From NCBI RefSeq assembly GCF_037042905.1, contig NC_087246.1, positions 2,544,001-2,608,000 on the forward strand: a stretch of 64,000 nucleotides of DNA. The letters are read 5' to 3'. Under the pieces are notes generated by a model. That model did no database searches. It worked only from the letters and a program-made list of their open reading frames with translations, and was not told the DNA's origin. Of the stretch, positions 36,001 through 48,212 are shown one piece after another. Source of the stretch: Lytechinus pictus. Lineage: Eukaryota. Every line of letters starts with the position of its first letter. Position 1 is the first letter of the stretch. A program made the position numbers and the translations under genes.

Positions 36001-39000
36001 AGAATCATAATCATCATTCCACGTTTCTAACTGTGGCGTGGAGAAGTTTCCTACGAAATGATTATTGAAAGCCTGTGCAATCATTGAAATAGATTCAACC
36101 GAATCATTATTGTATGAGAAGCATGACACGTTAGATTTCTTTCTTTGAGCGTTTACAAATGACCAGAATCTTTTAGGATCACGAGCCGAGTTCAAAGCTA
36201 GAGATTGCAAATAGTCATTATAGGATAGTTTAGTAAGTCTAATAATATCCTTGTTCAGTTTTTGAAACTTCTCCCACAATGTGCTATTGTGTTTGTTAGA
36301 AATGGCTTTGCGGTATGCACGTTTCTTTTTTCGGGAGAGATGGACGATATCTGCGGTGATCCATGGCTTGCGTCGCCGACCTTTTGCTTGGGCAGAGGGA
36401 ACAACATCTTTGACAGCCGCATGCAATAGCATAGTAAAGTTATCCCAAGTGGTGTCTATATCATTTTCATCGATAAATAAATCCCAGGGAATCAATTGAA
36501 TTGACCTTTGAAAATCATGTTTGTCTGCCTTGTGAAATTGCCAAAACGAGCGAGGGAGTGATTTTGTTACGGCACAGAGGGTAATATCAAACTGAACTGA
36601 ATCATGATCACTCTTTCCAATGCCTGGACCAGGGCAGATGTTTGCAATAAGATCTTCATCATTGCAAAACACTAAATCAAGGATAGAATCACGTTGGTTG
36701 CAGGTATTTCCTCTTCTGGTTGGGAATTTCACAAGCTGAAATAATCCCAAAGAGGAGGTAATATTCAAGACTTCTTCCGACAGATTATTGAGTGCTGAAC
36801 AATCCCCATCTGTATCAATGGAGATTTGTAGATTGAAATCACCCGTTAGGATGATAGCTTTGAATCTGTGAATATGAGGAGCAATCCTATTCAGTGAAGA
36901 TGTCAGTGCTTCGCAGAAACTTTTTGGATTGGAGGAGGGAGGTCTGTATGACAAATGTACAAACTCTGCTTTCAAGTTTGTGAAGCACATCAAGTTTGTG
37001 TTGATATTTCCATGTAATGTTTTCTTTTTTGATTAAAAATTGGAACAAAGTTTGTTAAACTTGACAAAATCTTCAATTAGCCTGCTATACTATGTGTTGT
37101 TCATGTCAATACACAAATATTTAGTGAATACAAGTATTTTCTTATTTAAAGTTTAAAAAATCACTTTTAATTTCTATGTTAAAAAGAGGAGGCGCAATCA
37201 TTCGGCATGCTTACACTGTGACGTAGGATTTACGCTTTTTCCAAATTTGGTGTTTAAGTTTAAGATTAAATAGGAAATCCTCATTTTTGTTTGGCACCTT
37301 ATCATAAGTCAGAATCACACCTTTCATGGAGGAATTCTGCATTTTCAAAACAAGGCATGGTATTTCATCATGGACTTTTGTGGGATGCGGGAAAAGTCAC
37401 TCTGAAAAGACACAGACCACCTTTATATAGCTGGATTCTTTCTAACAGATATGGCACAGACTTTTGTTCAAGTGCCTTAAATGTATAATTTAACTGCTAC
37501 ACAAAGTTTAAATTTTGTGATATTTGCGTGCTATCTGTCCCATAGGAGTTTGTTGTGAATACACCAGACATAGAGGCCGCCAAGGTCTGGGTTGGTATCC
37601 TTGGCAAATCTGCTACCCATGCTATCGTCTATGCCCAGCTCTACACCCCTGATGGCACCTGTCATGGCCTGAACTCATTCATAGTGCCTATAAGGGATCC
37701 AAAGACACTTCTACCACTCCCTGGGGTGATGGTAGGGGACCTTGGAGAGAAGCTGGGACTTCATGGGCTTGATAATGGGTAAGTAATCCTTCTGACTTGA
37801 CTCTCTTTTAACACTCTCTAGAGATGTGAGTTTGGGGCATCACGTAGATCCCTAACTGATGGATTGAAAAATCTATGACACTCGTAATTTCTATCGGCCT
37901 CTAGTAGAGAGCAAAGTCATTGATTGGTCAGATGAGCTGCCGGCATTGTGGGTAACTATATAAGTCATAGGACTCCTACAGTATGATTAATGCAAGCCAG
38001 CAATTCTATCATAAGATGAAATTCATGTGAGATCCCATGATATAGTTGTACAATCATTGCTTTTATGTCCCTCTCTTACTCTCACCTCATCTCTCTTTTC
38101 AGTTTTGTATCATTCCACAACGTTCGCATTCCAAGAGAATACCTGATAAACAGAACAGGAGATGTGACAGAGAGCGGAAAATTTGTCACTCCATTTAAGG
38201 TAAAATAATGAACACAGAAATCACCTAATGCATTGTATACAGTGTTTTCACTTACACCTGTCAGAACTGTCCATCCAATATTTCCTACCAGCACTCAATG
38301 CAATATCACTCTTGCACAATTTCTCAGTTGACAAATAAGAATGCTGCAGCTACAATACACTGTGTAGAAACATGATATCTTCAAGCTTTTAAAAGAAAGA
38401 ACCCCTTTGGTAAGTTGTCGGGTGATAAAATATCCACCACCAAAAACTACCTAGTGACACCCAAAATTTAAATCAAATGTGTTTGAAGGTTTACCTTTTA
38501 TTTGAATTAATAGCTTAGAGGAAGAATTACCGGTAACAAGTCTTTACTCCAGGATAATTTCATATTATAAGATTTGTTGGAACTTAAATGTGATGTTATA
38601 TGTAGGGAAACATTTTGTATTAATTTTGATATTATCATGATGTGATGAGATAATAATCCCATTGCTCTGGGTATGGGGGTGGGGATAACAACCATGACAG
38701 TCTTTAATTTCCTCAGTAATCAGGATACTGGTATAAATCCTGTACTTCTTAGGATCCAAATAAAAGGTTTGGTGCATCCATGGGTGCTCTGTCATCAGGA
38801 CGTGTTGGTATTACAAACATTGGTCTAGGAAACCTGAAGCTTGCCATTACTATTGCTGTCCGCTACTCTGCAGTCAGGAGGCAGTTTGGACCCACCTCTG
38901 AGGAGGAGCTACCAGTCTTAGAATACCAGATGCAGGTGAGTGGTATTTACTATTGATATTACATTGTTACTTTAGTTTTAGCTGTAGAAAAGGTTATCTT

Positions 39001-42000
39001 TATGGGACATGACAATTTATCATACCTCCAAAGCAAAATGCAAGATATGTGTTGGTCAGCTTGGATATATTTTGTTCATTACTCCTGATTTGGCACAGGT
39101 TTAGTCCTAAGACAACTTCAATTCAATTTATTTATTCAACCATCATCAGGTACAAACAATTACATAAATACATACCAATATAGATAATTATGCAAATACT
39201 AAATATAACAATAGAATGATGGTTTGGTGACCCCGGAGAAAGCAGAGCTTTTAAAAAGGGGCCACTGAGTTAATATGTACACTGAAAATATACAATAAAT
39301 GATGATAATTACACTAAGTACACCGATGCAACAGCCAAAAAAAAAGGGGGGAGGGGGGATTTTCAATGAGATAAAAACAAATAATTGACGAAGTTTATTT
39401 AAACACAGGTTGATAATTTTCTGATAAGTCTCTTGAACCTAGAAAGAGTTGAACTGGATTTTATATAAGAAGGGAGGTTATTCCATAACTTAGGAAAACA
39501 AGTTTTCCTAAGTTACTTCTTTTATTAAATAGCGAATATTAGTCCATAGTAAAGTGTACTCTATGAATTTCTAAATAGTAACATTATAAACTGTTTTTTA
39601 CATATATATAAGCCCTTAGTGTCATTATTTTCTATCTCAGTTATGGCCTTCAGTCAACCAACAAACAGGAGTATACGAATCATTGGTTATGTTACCATTT
39701 GATTATTCTTAATCTTATAAAGCTTTGATATTTCTTCTCCTATTTTATAGCAATGGCGGCTGTTACCATATGTGGCTGCTTCTTTTGTACTGCATCATTT
39801 CTCTGATAAATTATTCAAGCACTTGGTGGAATGTCAGGTATCCCTCATGCTTGGAGACAAGAGTGAAAGACAGGTATGATGTGCAATATTAATGCATCGT
39901 TGAATGTGCAATGGTTTCTAGCTATCCTACAGATAAGGAATAAATTCCAGTGACCAGAGCGGATATTTACAGCTGTGTTCTGTCTATACCCTATGCAAAA
40001 CTGTCCTGTGTACAAATCCACATGTTTAGGTCATGAACATATCCAGAAGGGTGGGTGTTTCATAAAGCTGTTCGTAAAGTTACGCACAACTTTACGCACG
40101 ACTGGAACATGTTCTCGGGTCATAAATCTATTACATAGGGATATCACATAGCACAAGAAAGGATCACCAGTCGTGCGTAAAGTCATTCATATCTTACGAA
40201 CAGCTTTATGAAACACTCACCAGAATTTCTTTTCCTGGTAATGAGGGTTTACTATCTTGTAACTTAGTGGTTTATAATGGGATGACAGAGCTACTTACAT
40301 GTAAATTGTAAATTAAAATGAAATTTGCAAAACCTAGGAGAATGAATGTCAGGATATAGTGGGGTTACACCAGCTAGACATTTTGGAAAATACATGTATG
40401 ATGCCCATACCAAATGGGGAAGAGATATGTAGAGCAATGCAATATTCACCTGTTTTCAATGCAGTTTTGAGGGGCAGTATGCCAGTAACACCACCTACCA
40501 CCAAAATATGAGTGATTTCTTTGGTATTTATGTTTTCAGGCAGAGCTGGGGAAGGAGATGCATGCATTGTCTAGTGCCTCTAAACCTCTTAGTAGCTGGT
40601 TAGCAAGGGACTGTATACAAGAATGCAGGGAGGCATGTGGAGGTCATGGATACTTGTGGGGTAAGGTGACCATTTGTCTATTAACATAAAATCCCCTTTG
40701 TGTTGTCTTATACCAGGGGTGAACTCTTCTTCAGCGAATAAAACCCTATAACTTGGAAGGATGTAATTTCAAATACACTAAAACATTTTGAAAAAATTTG
40801 TTTTGTTGCTATCTTTCTAATCATGTATTATTTGATTGGACTAATGGTGTTCTCATGTTTACAAAAAAAAATGTTAATGGTATTTCTTCTGACATTTCCA
40901 ACAAAAGTTTAGCCCTTTAATTTGTTTATGGTGTCACTGGCAAAACTTCTGTCTACTCATTTGCAAAGATAGTGAGAAGGGCTTTCTATTGGTACATAGT
41001 TCTTGATAATTCTTACAAGGTAAGCATCTACAATAGTGAGTAACTTGGCCTGGCCCCAGTGCCTTTGATAAAAGCTCTCTTTCATAATAGGTGGTATAAG
41101 TCACAAACCTGAACCTGTCTGTGGGGAGGGATTACTGATTTTACCCCAGTCTTTCCATTGACTTCCTGTGTATCATTGTTTCCTCATGAGGGTGTATTGG
41201 ATTTGTTTTCATACTCCTAAACAACCTGCAATGAGTATACCGATTAGCTTTTAAAAAATTTAATCTTGCAATGGAGTTGCCCCCTTAGTGGATCTTTAAT
41301 GTGATAAATGTACAGTACACGTACAAAAGGTCAAAGAACTATGTTTAGAGGTTTAAAAGATATAGTGAATGCATATTCAACCACATCTGCCTTGAATGCA
41401 GAATTTTACATGCCTATCAGTATTTAATCTAGAATGATGAACTACAGAAAGCACTTGACTTGCTTGTTCAAAGGCTAAAGAGCATCCTATAGCAAATGCA
41501 GAATCAGAGTGCAGGAATTTATGTACATATGTCTGTATGTGTGTATTTGAACATTCATTTCTTGTGCCAGTCCAAATGATCAATGAGCTGATGTTTTTAT
41601 ATTATTTTCATGGTTTGAAAAGAAGATTGTAATCAAAACGAAAACTGAATCCATAATCTTGATTGAAACAATATGAAAATTATGGTATGCAAACATAGTT
41701 GTGTGATTTCTTCACAAAGTCTAGGCAAGAAAACATGCTATTATGCATGTTGAAATAAATAGAGTAAAAGTATTGAAAAAAAAAATAATATATAGATTTG
41801 CACAATGGAGACATGTTTTGAAAATAATCCAATGGTTTTTACTTTCAGTTTCATTTGTGTACTATATTTGTTAACTATTTTGTTAATATTTACTTACACA
41901 TATCTGTATCTTTTAACAGTGAACAGGTTTGGTGTTTTACGAGACGACAATGATCCTACATGTACATATGAGGGAGACAACAATGTCCTGCTCCAACAGA

Positions 42001-45000
42001 CTAGTAACTACTTATTAGCTCTATCTGCTGCTAAAAGAAGAGGTTGGTAAATGATTATCAAAGTGCATTACATATATTTACATGTATATACAGGTTATAG
42101 CACACCTGTTGTAGGATTCAGTGTTATAGCATACTGTCAGTCACTGCCATATACGATTAGGTCCTTTTGCCAGCACCAGGTTGCCATCATGTTGCCCAGA
42201 ACAAAAGTATTTTAGGAATTATATCATAGCCATTTTTTTTTCACATTTCAGAACATTTGTGCCTGGTTGTTTTTCAAAGTTGCTCATATTGCGAAGTAAA
42301 GTACAGTGGCTTTTGACAGAGTTTAATATTGACCAGATCCACTTTTCATTATACATACTTACCTTCTTTTATTCTTATTGCAGGTGAGACCATATCTTCT
42401 CCCATTGGTACAGTTGATTTTCTGGACTCTATGTTTGATATTATCAAGCAGAGGTTTACAGTGCACAAACTAGAAGATGTAATTAAACCCCAAGGTGAGA
42501 TTTTTACATGGTTTTCTGTTCTTTTCACACTACATTGTAAATATTCCCCCCACCCCAAATAAAAATGCCTATTATGATGAATGTTGTTACATTTTTAATA
42601 CAGATTGAAAAAAAAGGATATATATAGGGGAAGGCGGGGTAAGTTGATCATAGGGGCAAGTTGAGCCACCAGCCCCAGGCCAAAAATGAATGAGTCAGGT
42701 ATTATGGTGGTGTCATGTATTGATGACCCATTACATAACCTTTAACCCCACCACATTGTTTTCACCTTTGAAACAAAAAGTACTTTTTTAGAGGGAAAAA
42801 TACAAATTTCAGCCAAAAAAGTAAAAACGGGTGTGAAATAGATAAGTGTTTTTTACACACACACGTCTTTACATATAATAAAGACATAAGAACAATATTG
42901 TTAGTCCAGGTATGGACCTTCATTCTTGTCATAGTCTTTTACATGATGAATGCATAAGAAATGTGTGGATGTGGAATTATCGCATTAAGTTCGGACTGGG
43001 GTAAGTTGAGCCAGCCAATATGGGGCAAGTTGAGCCATGGTAATTCTTATGGTAATGTAAATAAAAAAACAATCAAACCTTAAAAATCCATCGATATGCA
43101 GGCAGAAAAGAGCAAATTCACATGACAGTTCTTTTTACTTTTAGAGAATGTTAGTATTTATAGAGAATTAGCAAGTGAAAAGACTTTAAATGAAATATTG
43201 ACATACTGGTTCTTCCCTCATTCATTTTGTACATGTAGTTTTTGTGGCTCAACTTACCCTAGAAGGTGGCACAACTTACCCCACAGATGGGGCAAGTTGT
43301 GCAACTTGACATCGTTTTTTTTTTTCAAAGGTCACAACGACTTTCTGTGTGGGGGTAGAAAGTTGTATATAAGTGAAAAAGATTTCCCAAGAATCATATT
43401 TAAAGGCGAGGTACTTATTTCTACAATATCATTAGTCATATCAATTCTATCATGCAAAATGCAAAAAGTGTCACAACTTACCCCGCCTTCCCCTACAGTA
43501 TAGGAAACAGTTCCGATCTGGTGACATGTTTTTTTTTAAACAGGCAATGTTTCATGAAGCTGTTGAGCATGGCTAGTTTTCATTGATGGACAGTTTATAT
43601 AGAAGACATTTACATGGGCCATAATAAAGAGAGAGCCTGGTGCTGGCAACTTTCATGAAATGCCCCCAAGGAAGGGGTTACAATTGCATGTATGCCAAGA
43701 TCACATTGTAATCATAGTGGTAGTACTGATGATTAAGAGACAAACTTCAATCTTTTCTTGCCTCCATGTCCGGCAGTAAATATAGATCAGTGTGCTCTGG
43801 TTCTCAGGTATGCTGTGCACATGATTTGAAGCACATGTGCAAATGGAATGAAACATCATTCAGTCAACCTATTTCAATTTGTACCGAATTAGTGTAAACA
43901 AGGTTAAGGTGTAGTTCAATTTGTACTTTTTCCTTCTATACCAAGCAGTCTGTATGTGCCATTTGTAAGATGCCAACTGTTGTAATTGTGAAATCGATTG
44001 TAAAAGCTCACTAGATGCATTATATTACATTATTTCTTTTGAGATAATCCTTATTTTGTTGTGAAAGGATGGTAAGTGGGCATAAATGTTTATCCCAATC
44101 AGTTTGATCACCACCATGCAATTCTTAACCTCCATGGCCCCTGTTTTATTCCTATCCATTCTGTTCAGTGATTATCAGTGCATACCGATGGCTAGTCGTC
44201 TATCTCCTTCAGGAGAGTGCCCATAAGCTCCAACAGGAGCTCATGAATGGAAAAGATGCATTCAGTGCACGTAATGACTCACAGGTCTACTTCTGTAGGA
44301 CCTTGGCAATAGCTTTTATGCAGGTAGGGCTCAGTCAGATATACAAATCCTATCACTATTCCCCATGATGATCTATATAGTATTATGCTTGTGGTACCTG
44401 CAAAGATGAGTGGTACAGGTAAAACTATATCCCCAAGTTGAACTAGAAATTGAACTATGCCTGAGATACGAACATAGCTGAGAGTGGTACAGGTAAAACT
44501 ATACCACAAGTTGATCAAGAGATGGAACTATGCTTGTGGTACCCGACATAACGTTTGCCCATTGGTATCGGAAAATGATTTAAGTGAAAAGATTCTAAGT
44601 GAAAGTCACATAAAAAAGTGGCTAATACTTTTGGTAAGGTACCTAATGATGAAACCAAGGGGCACTATGCAGGCCCAATATTAATGAGGATCATTGTTTA
44701 AAGTGGTAGGAAGAATTTCCAGTGCAGTGTTCCAAGTACACATACCAGTCCTTTATACCAGGAAGACTGGGCCATTAGGGATTCCCTTCACCTGCTCTGT
44801 ACTATCCTATTTCTAAAGACTTTATGAAATATGATGTAGAAAGTATATTAATAGCTAGTTTTCGATTGAGTTTGCAAGTTTACAATGGGAGGGGGGCATG
44901 AAAATGCACCGTAAATGTTGCAGGGATGATGCTGGAAAAAAATTGCTTTTGAAATTAGAATGGAATCTTATTAGTTTGTGCCATACTTCATAACTTTTGT

Positions 45001-48000
45001 CGTTGCTACTTTACAATACGCTGATTAGAATGAAAACAATTTGAATTGTGTTTTCTTTTTTTTTCTGGGGGGGGGTGAGGGATGTGTGTGTGCAATTCCT
45101 TGAGAATGGGCCATGTTCTGTTTATTGTTAATATTCAAAGACTTTACAATTACTTAAAAATTATATAAATTTGTTAAAAGTGTCTAGTATATGTATTTGT
45201 CACTACTATGCAATAATTTATCTTCCATTTAGCACACACTTCTTGATCAGTTTTGGAATTACCTAAAATCTGGTGATCTGATACCTGAGCAAACTGCTGT
45301 TCTCACTAAACTCTGTAGTCTCTACGGTCTTTGGAGTCTTGAGAAACATATGGCCACTCTTTATCAAGGTGAGTTTGTGTTAAGTTATATCTATTGTAGG
45401 AGGTGTCATTTATTTGAGGAGTATTGTCTTGATCCATTCAAAACATCACTTTATCCTGCAGAGACTGCTATCTTTCGTAAAATCTGTAGTCTGTATGGTC
45501 TCTGGAGTCTTTGAAAAAAAAGTCTGCTCTTTATCTTGGTGAGTTTAGTTTGAAGTTATAAAGAGTGTATGAAAACTTCCTTTCATCTGTCCTGGGGGGT
45601 GTTTCATTAAAGGACTTGTCAGACATTTTATGAGGCAAGTCCTGTTTTATCTGACAGTTACCATGGTAACAGTGTTCTCAACCAATCAAAATCAAGGAAA
45701 CTTGTCAGATCTGACAACTTGTTGGACAAAAATGAGTGTCCCTTGATCAAGTTACATCTTCTTATCTGGCACTGCACAGTGGCTGCTGGGCCCACGATCA
45801 CTTGAGCAAAATAAATTTTCGGAATATTTCTATTCTCAGATTTCTATTTCAAACAATAAAATATGGATTTTCATGGATTATATTTAGTATAATGAGTTTC
45901 CATACACAAAGAGAACATGTACTGTATCTTGTATGTATTATATGCTCTATGTTGTACCGTATGGAACAGGGTCCAACATATCGGCGACAGACCTAAGAAT
46001 TTCTGGGCTCTTCTACCTTCTGTCAGTCATCTTCATGCACACACACATATACAGTTGAAGTTTACATACACCCAGGAAATTAAAAGAAAAGATGACATTT
46101 GCCAAACATAGAATTTACTATATCTTATAAAATATTTGTGCTATTATGACAAATTTGATATGAAACAAATTAGTATTTCATGCCCCTTCATCACATTGCT
46201 TTGTCATCAGGAGCTGATAAATATTTAGGTGTAATTTTTTCCCCAAAATCTTCATATTTTAGAAAAATTAAAAATGAAAACTTGACAAGAACATTTCATA
46301 TCTGAGCTAGTTTCTTCTCAACACAAACATTTCAGATAACACTTTTTGTTCAGTGGTGACATATCATGATAGAAAATGTAATGTAAGTCATAGATTTGAC
46401 ATTTATATATTTTTATGAAGCGATTTTTGAAAATATAATATCAAACAATAGAATACATTTGGCACAAATATTACTTTTTTTCTTCAAAGAAAATTCCACC
46501 AGAAATATACTTTAATCCCAACGGCATCCCAATCATGTGAAAAAGCGTAATACACTCTTTCATTTGATACCAAATTCGTCATGGTAGTATTTATATTTCT
46601 GAAGATATATTAAATTTTAAGATTTTTGGCAAGTGAACAAATTTCACTGAATTCCATGGGTGTATGTAAACTTTTGGCCTTCTTCATACTACCCCCTATT
46701 TCTTAATTAATGTTAATTTAGTGTTGAAAGAAGAAAAAAAGATCTATTCAAATCCCACTCTCAATTTACCATAATTTGCAATATCCATGCAACATGGCGA
46801 GGGTGGGCTTCATTTTTGTCTCTGTTTTATGCCAGGCTGAATTTTTATTTGGGGGTACATGCAACCCCTCATAACAGCATTTATCTTGTTATGTCATGTT
46901 GCTATCATGAGTGGATTACATTTATCAACATCTAATCCTTGTTTTCCATTCAGGAGGATATTTCTGTGGGGCAGAGACTGCTAGGTTAATCCGTGATGGT
47001 ATCCTTCATCTCTGTACAGAGCTTAAGAATGATGCAGTATCTTTGGTTGATGTTCTTGCTCCACCTGATTTTGTACTCAACTCACCTATCGGATGTGCAG
47101 ATGGCCAGGTATAACACAATCTCTTTAAATTCTATGTGTACACAAGAAATTAGATTTCCATTAAGTTTGAAAATTGTGTGTTTAAGTTTAATTTTACCAT
47201 GTTTTGATATTATTCACTTCTAAAGCTCTTGTTTTATTATTTTTTTTTTTTTCAATATATAAAATTAATTTTAAGATTTAGGTATTTTAAGAGTGAAAGA
47301 GTCCTAGGTTGGAATTTCTAGAGGAACAGGGCCCTGGAGCACAAATGTTTACAGTTAATCACAAAAAAATCTTTAATTTTTTTTATTTATAATATAGTCA
47401 TGTCAATGTGTGCAATTATTGTTAATTTTCTGTGTAAAAGCCAGTAGAGGAAATGTTTCTATGAATATCATGGACTAAAAAAAAAAATTGAATTGAATTT
47501 AACAATTTATTTGCATTATTGAAATAAATTGCCATCTTAAGGTAACTGGGGCACAATATTTTGTGTTTATCTTTTCCATGACGAAAAACCTCCATTTGAG
47601 AACACTATACCCCAGTTTCCCTTTTCATCAATTCTCTTCTCCAAGTACCTCAAACCCCTAATTGCCCCAAGCATGCAATTTAAGTATCAAAACACCTGTT
47701 TCTTGACCTCGGTCTGAAAGTCCTTCTACAGGCAGAGAAGTCTTACGTAATAGCACAACTGTTGTTTATCATTTCGTCCTTGGCTCAACGCTCATTTACT
47801 GGCCTGTGGAGGTGAAATTGAGACAACTGGGATTACCTGGCCAAGATGGGTTTATCGGGGCTTGGAAATGTTATTGAGAGTTTCAAATGAAAAATGGGGT
47901 CTAGAACCGCAGTTCGGATTGCAAACTCACCCCAAATGGGGTTTTGACGTAATGCCTCCAAACACAATATGACTAAACCTTTGAAGTATGATAGTATTTC

Positions 48001-48212
48001 AATGCATTCATCCATTGTTCGTGAAGAAATTACTCTAAGTGGCATTGAAAGCTGCATATTAAAATGCATTTTAAAATGTATTTTGTTTTCAGGTTTACAA
48101 ACGTCTTTACAATGCCATCCTCCAGACTCCAAACTGCCTTGAGAGACCTTCTTGGTGGAAGGAATTCCTTGATAAACCAGTTGTTGGTTCCATCCCTCCT
48201 GCAAAGCTCTGA
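27095..48212 (+). CDS. ACOX3: peroxisomal acyl-coenzyme A oxidase 3, 15 coding exons, 741 aa
   Basis: Exons 27095-27367, 30768-30998, 31416-31490, 32060-32149, 37546-37778, 38103-38199, 38753-38935, 39751-39873, 40540-40660, 41920-42042, 42384-42494, 44169-44323, 45233-45368, 46954-47108, 48093-48212; all GT..AG, 2226 nt open. Motifs [55 protein letters not shown], catalytic [20 protein letters not shown]-terminal PTS1 AKL*. Confidence 0.96.
27526..28013. mobile_element. MITE (pogo/Tc1-like)
   Basis: TIR TAGGGGAACCTAAAGCTACGCAC..GTGCGTAGCTTTAGGCCCCTCTA. Confidence 0.7.
28135..28389 (+). mobile_element. 3' part of a Kolobok-like MITE (family of 60280-60879)
   Basis: Aligns to 60630-60879 and ends GGGTGGACTTGTCCT|TTAA. 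Confidence 0.8.
28769..29328. mobile_element. MITE with 8-bp TSD and CCCGGGG termini
   Basis: TIR CCCGGG(n)GCCACT..GAGTGGATACCATGCGCGACC and its reverse complement; perfect TSD GTGAAAAT; CpGs intact, suggesting a young insertion. Confidence 0.85.
33498..36960 (-). mobile_element. 5'-truncated young CR1-clade LINE in ACOX3 intron 4, antisense
   Basis: Uninterrupted ORF 34417-36993 (APE C-terminal half: [38 protein letters not shown]); probable 3' UTR of about 900 bp ending in (AAAT)n at about 33500-33520. Confidence 0.93.
34417..36993 (-). CDS. LINE ORF2 endonuclease/reverse transcriptase (N-terminally truncated), 858-codon ORF
   Basis: ORF track plus RT/APE motifs; the first dozen or so codons are probably flanking DNA. 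Confidence 0.85.
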   Translation of the reverse strand: MMCFTNLKAEFVHLSYRPPSSNPKSFCEALTSSLNRIAPHIHRFKAIILTGDFNLQISIDTDGDCSALNNLSEEVLNITSSLGLFQLVKFPTRRGNTCNQRDSILDLVFCNDEDLIANICPGPGIGKSDHDSVQFDITLCAVTKSLPRSFWQFHKADKHDFQRSIQLIPWDLFIDENDIDTTWDNFTMLLHAAVKDVVPSAQAKGRRRKPWITADIVHLSRKKKRAYRKAISNKHNSTLWEKFQKLNKDIIRLTKLSYNDYLQSLALNSARDPKRFWSFVNAQRKKSNVSCFSYNNDSVESISMIAQAFNNHFVGNFSTPQLETWNDDYDSCTSHFGMTPLKDFEIDECDVFKEIVKLKVNKPPGPDGISPNFLKIGDTAITPILTKVFNLSLKLGCVPRSWKQAYVTPLHKSGDRKKIENYRPISLCSVPCKILERLIVAKLLNHSQTYKIIPDSQHGFLPKRSSSTQAVTLHSNWAKALDQSKPPRIDAIFLDWSKAFDKVNHFKLVQKLHNYGICGKLLCWIRSFLSDRQQCVLFEGIKSEWITVPSGVPQGSVIGPILFNYFTAELPNTVSSPLPQYADDTVLYREIYTPDDSKLLQTDLNNILLWCINNDMVLNSSKCKVMHITRSRKPVTTVYFLGEKQLDKVESYKYLGLKLARDLSWKDHIQHVVNRCSMLCGFIRRTVKSRNATVLTKLFCSLCRPVIEYGIPTWLPHQKNHIRAIEGVQRRFTRFCFPYEVANSLSYTERLSLLNIPPLYNRLVYLSMSFVIKCLHRHYDMPTSLLPIPSHRRTHTLVFNHQLARSNCLRFTCFHVFPRFWEHLSEADRDLCVGTNVFPFLSVLRNFLFELPPLVEAY
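39116..39490 (-). mobile_element. LINE 3'-end fragment
   Basis: Reverse strand encodes [19 protein letters not shown] (ORF2 C-terminus), followed by UTR and an AATAAAT/(ATTGA)n tail. Confidence 0.7.
40050..40221. mobile_element. short palindromic MITE (Harbinger-like)
   Basis: GGTGGGTGTTTCATAAAGCTGTTCGTAA..TTACGAACAGCTTTATGAAACACTCACC. Confidence 0.8.
42621..43499. mobile_element. pogo/Tigger-like MITE
   Basis: TIR TAGGGGAAGGCGGGGTAAGTTG..CAACTTACCCCGCCTTCCCCTA, internal GGGGCAAGTTGAGCCA repeats, TA context. Confidence 0.85.
45428..45560 (+). pseudogene. decayed tandem duplicate of ACOX3 exon 13
   Basis: [19 protein letters not shown] versus exon [20 protein letters not shown], ending in a copied G|GTGAGTTT donor at 45539. 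Confidence 0.8.
46052..46685. mobile_element. Tc1-like MITE
   Basis: TA|CAGTTGAAGTTTACATACACCC..GGGTGTATGTAAACTT, resembling Tc1/Sleeping Beauty-type inverted repeats. Confidence 0.7.

Noticed and set aside
41957..41964. TACATGTA inside ACOX3 exon 10 as a footprint
   Set aside because: It encodes the conserved PTCTY motif and is coincidental.
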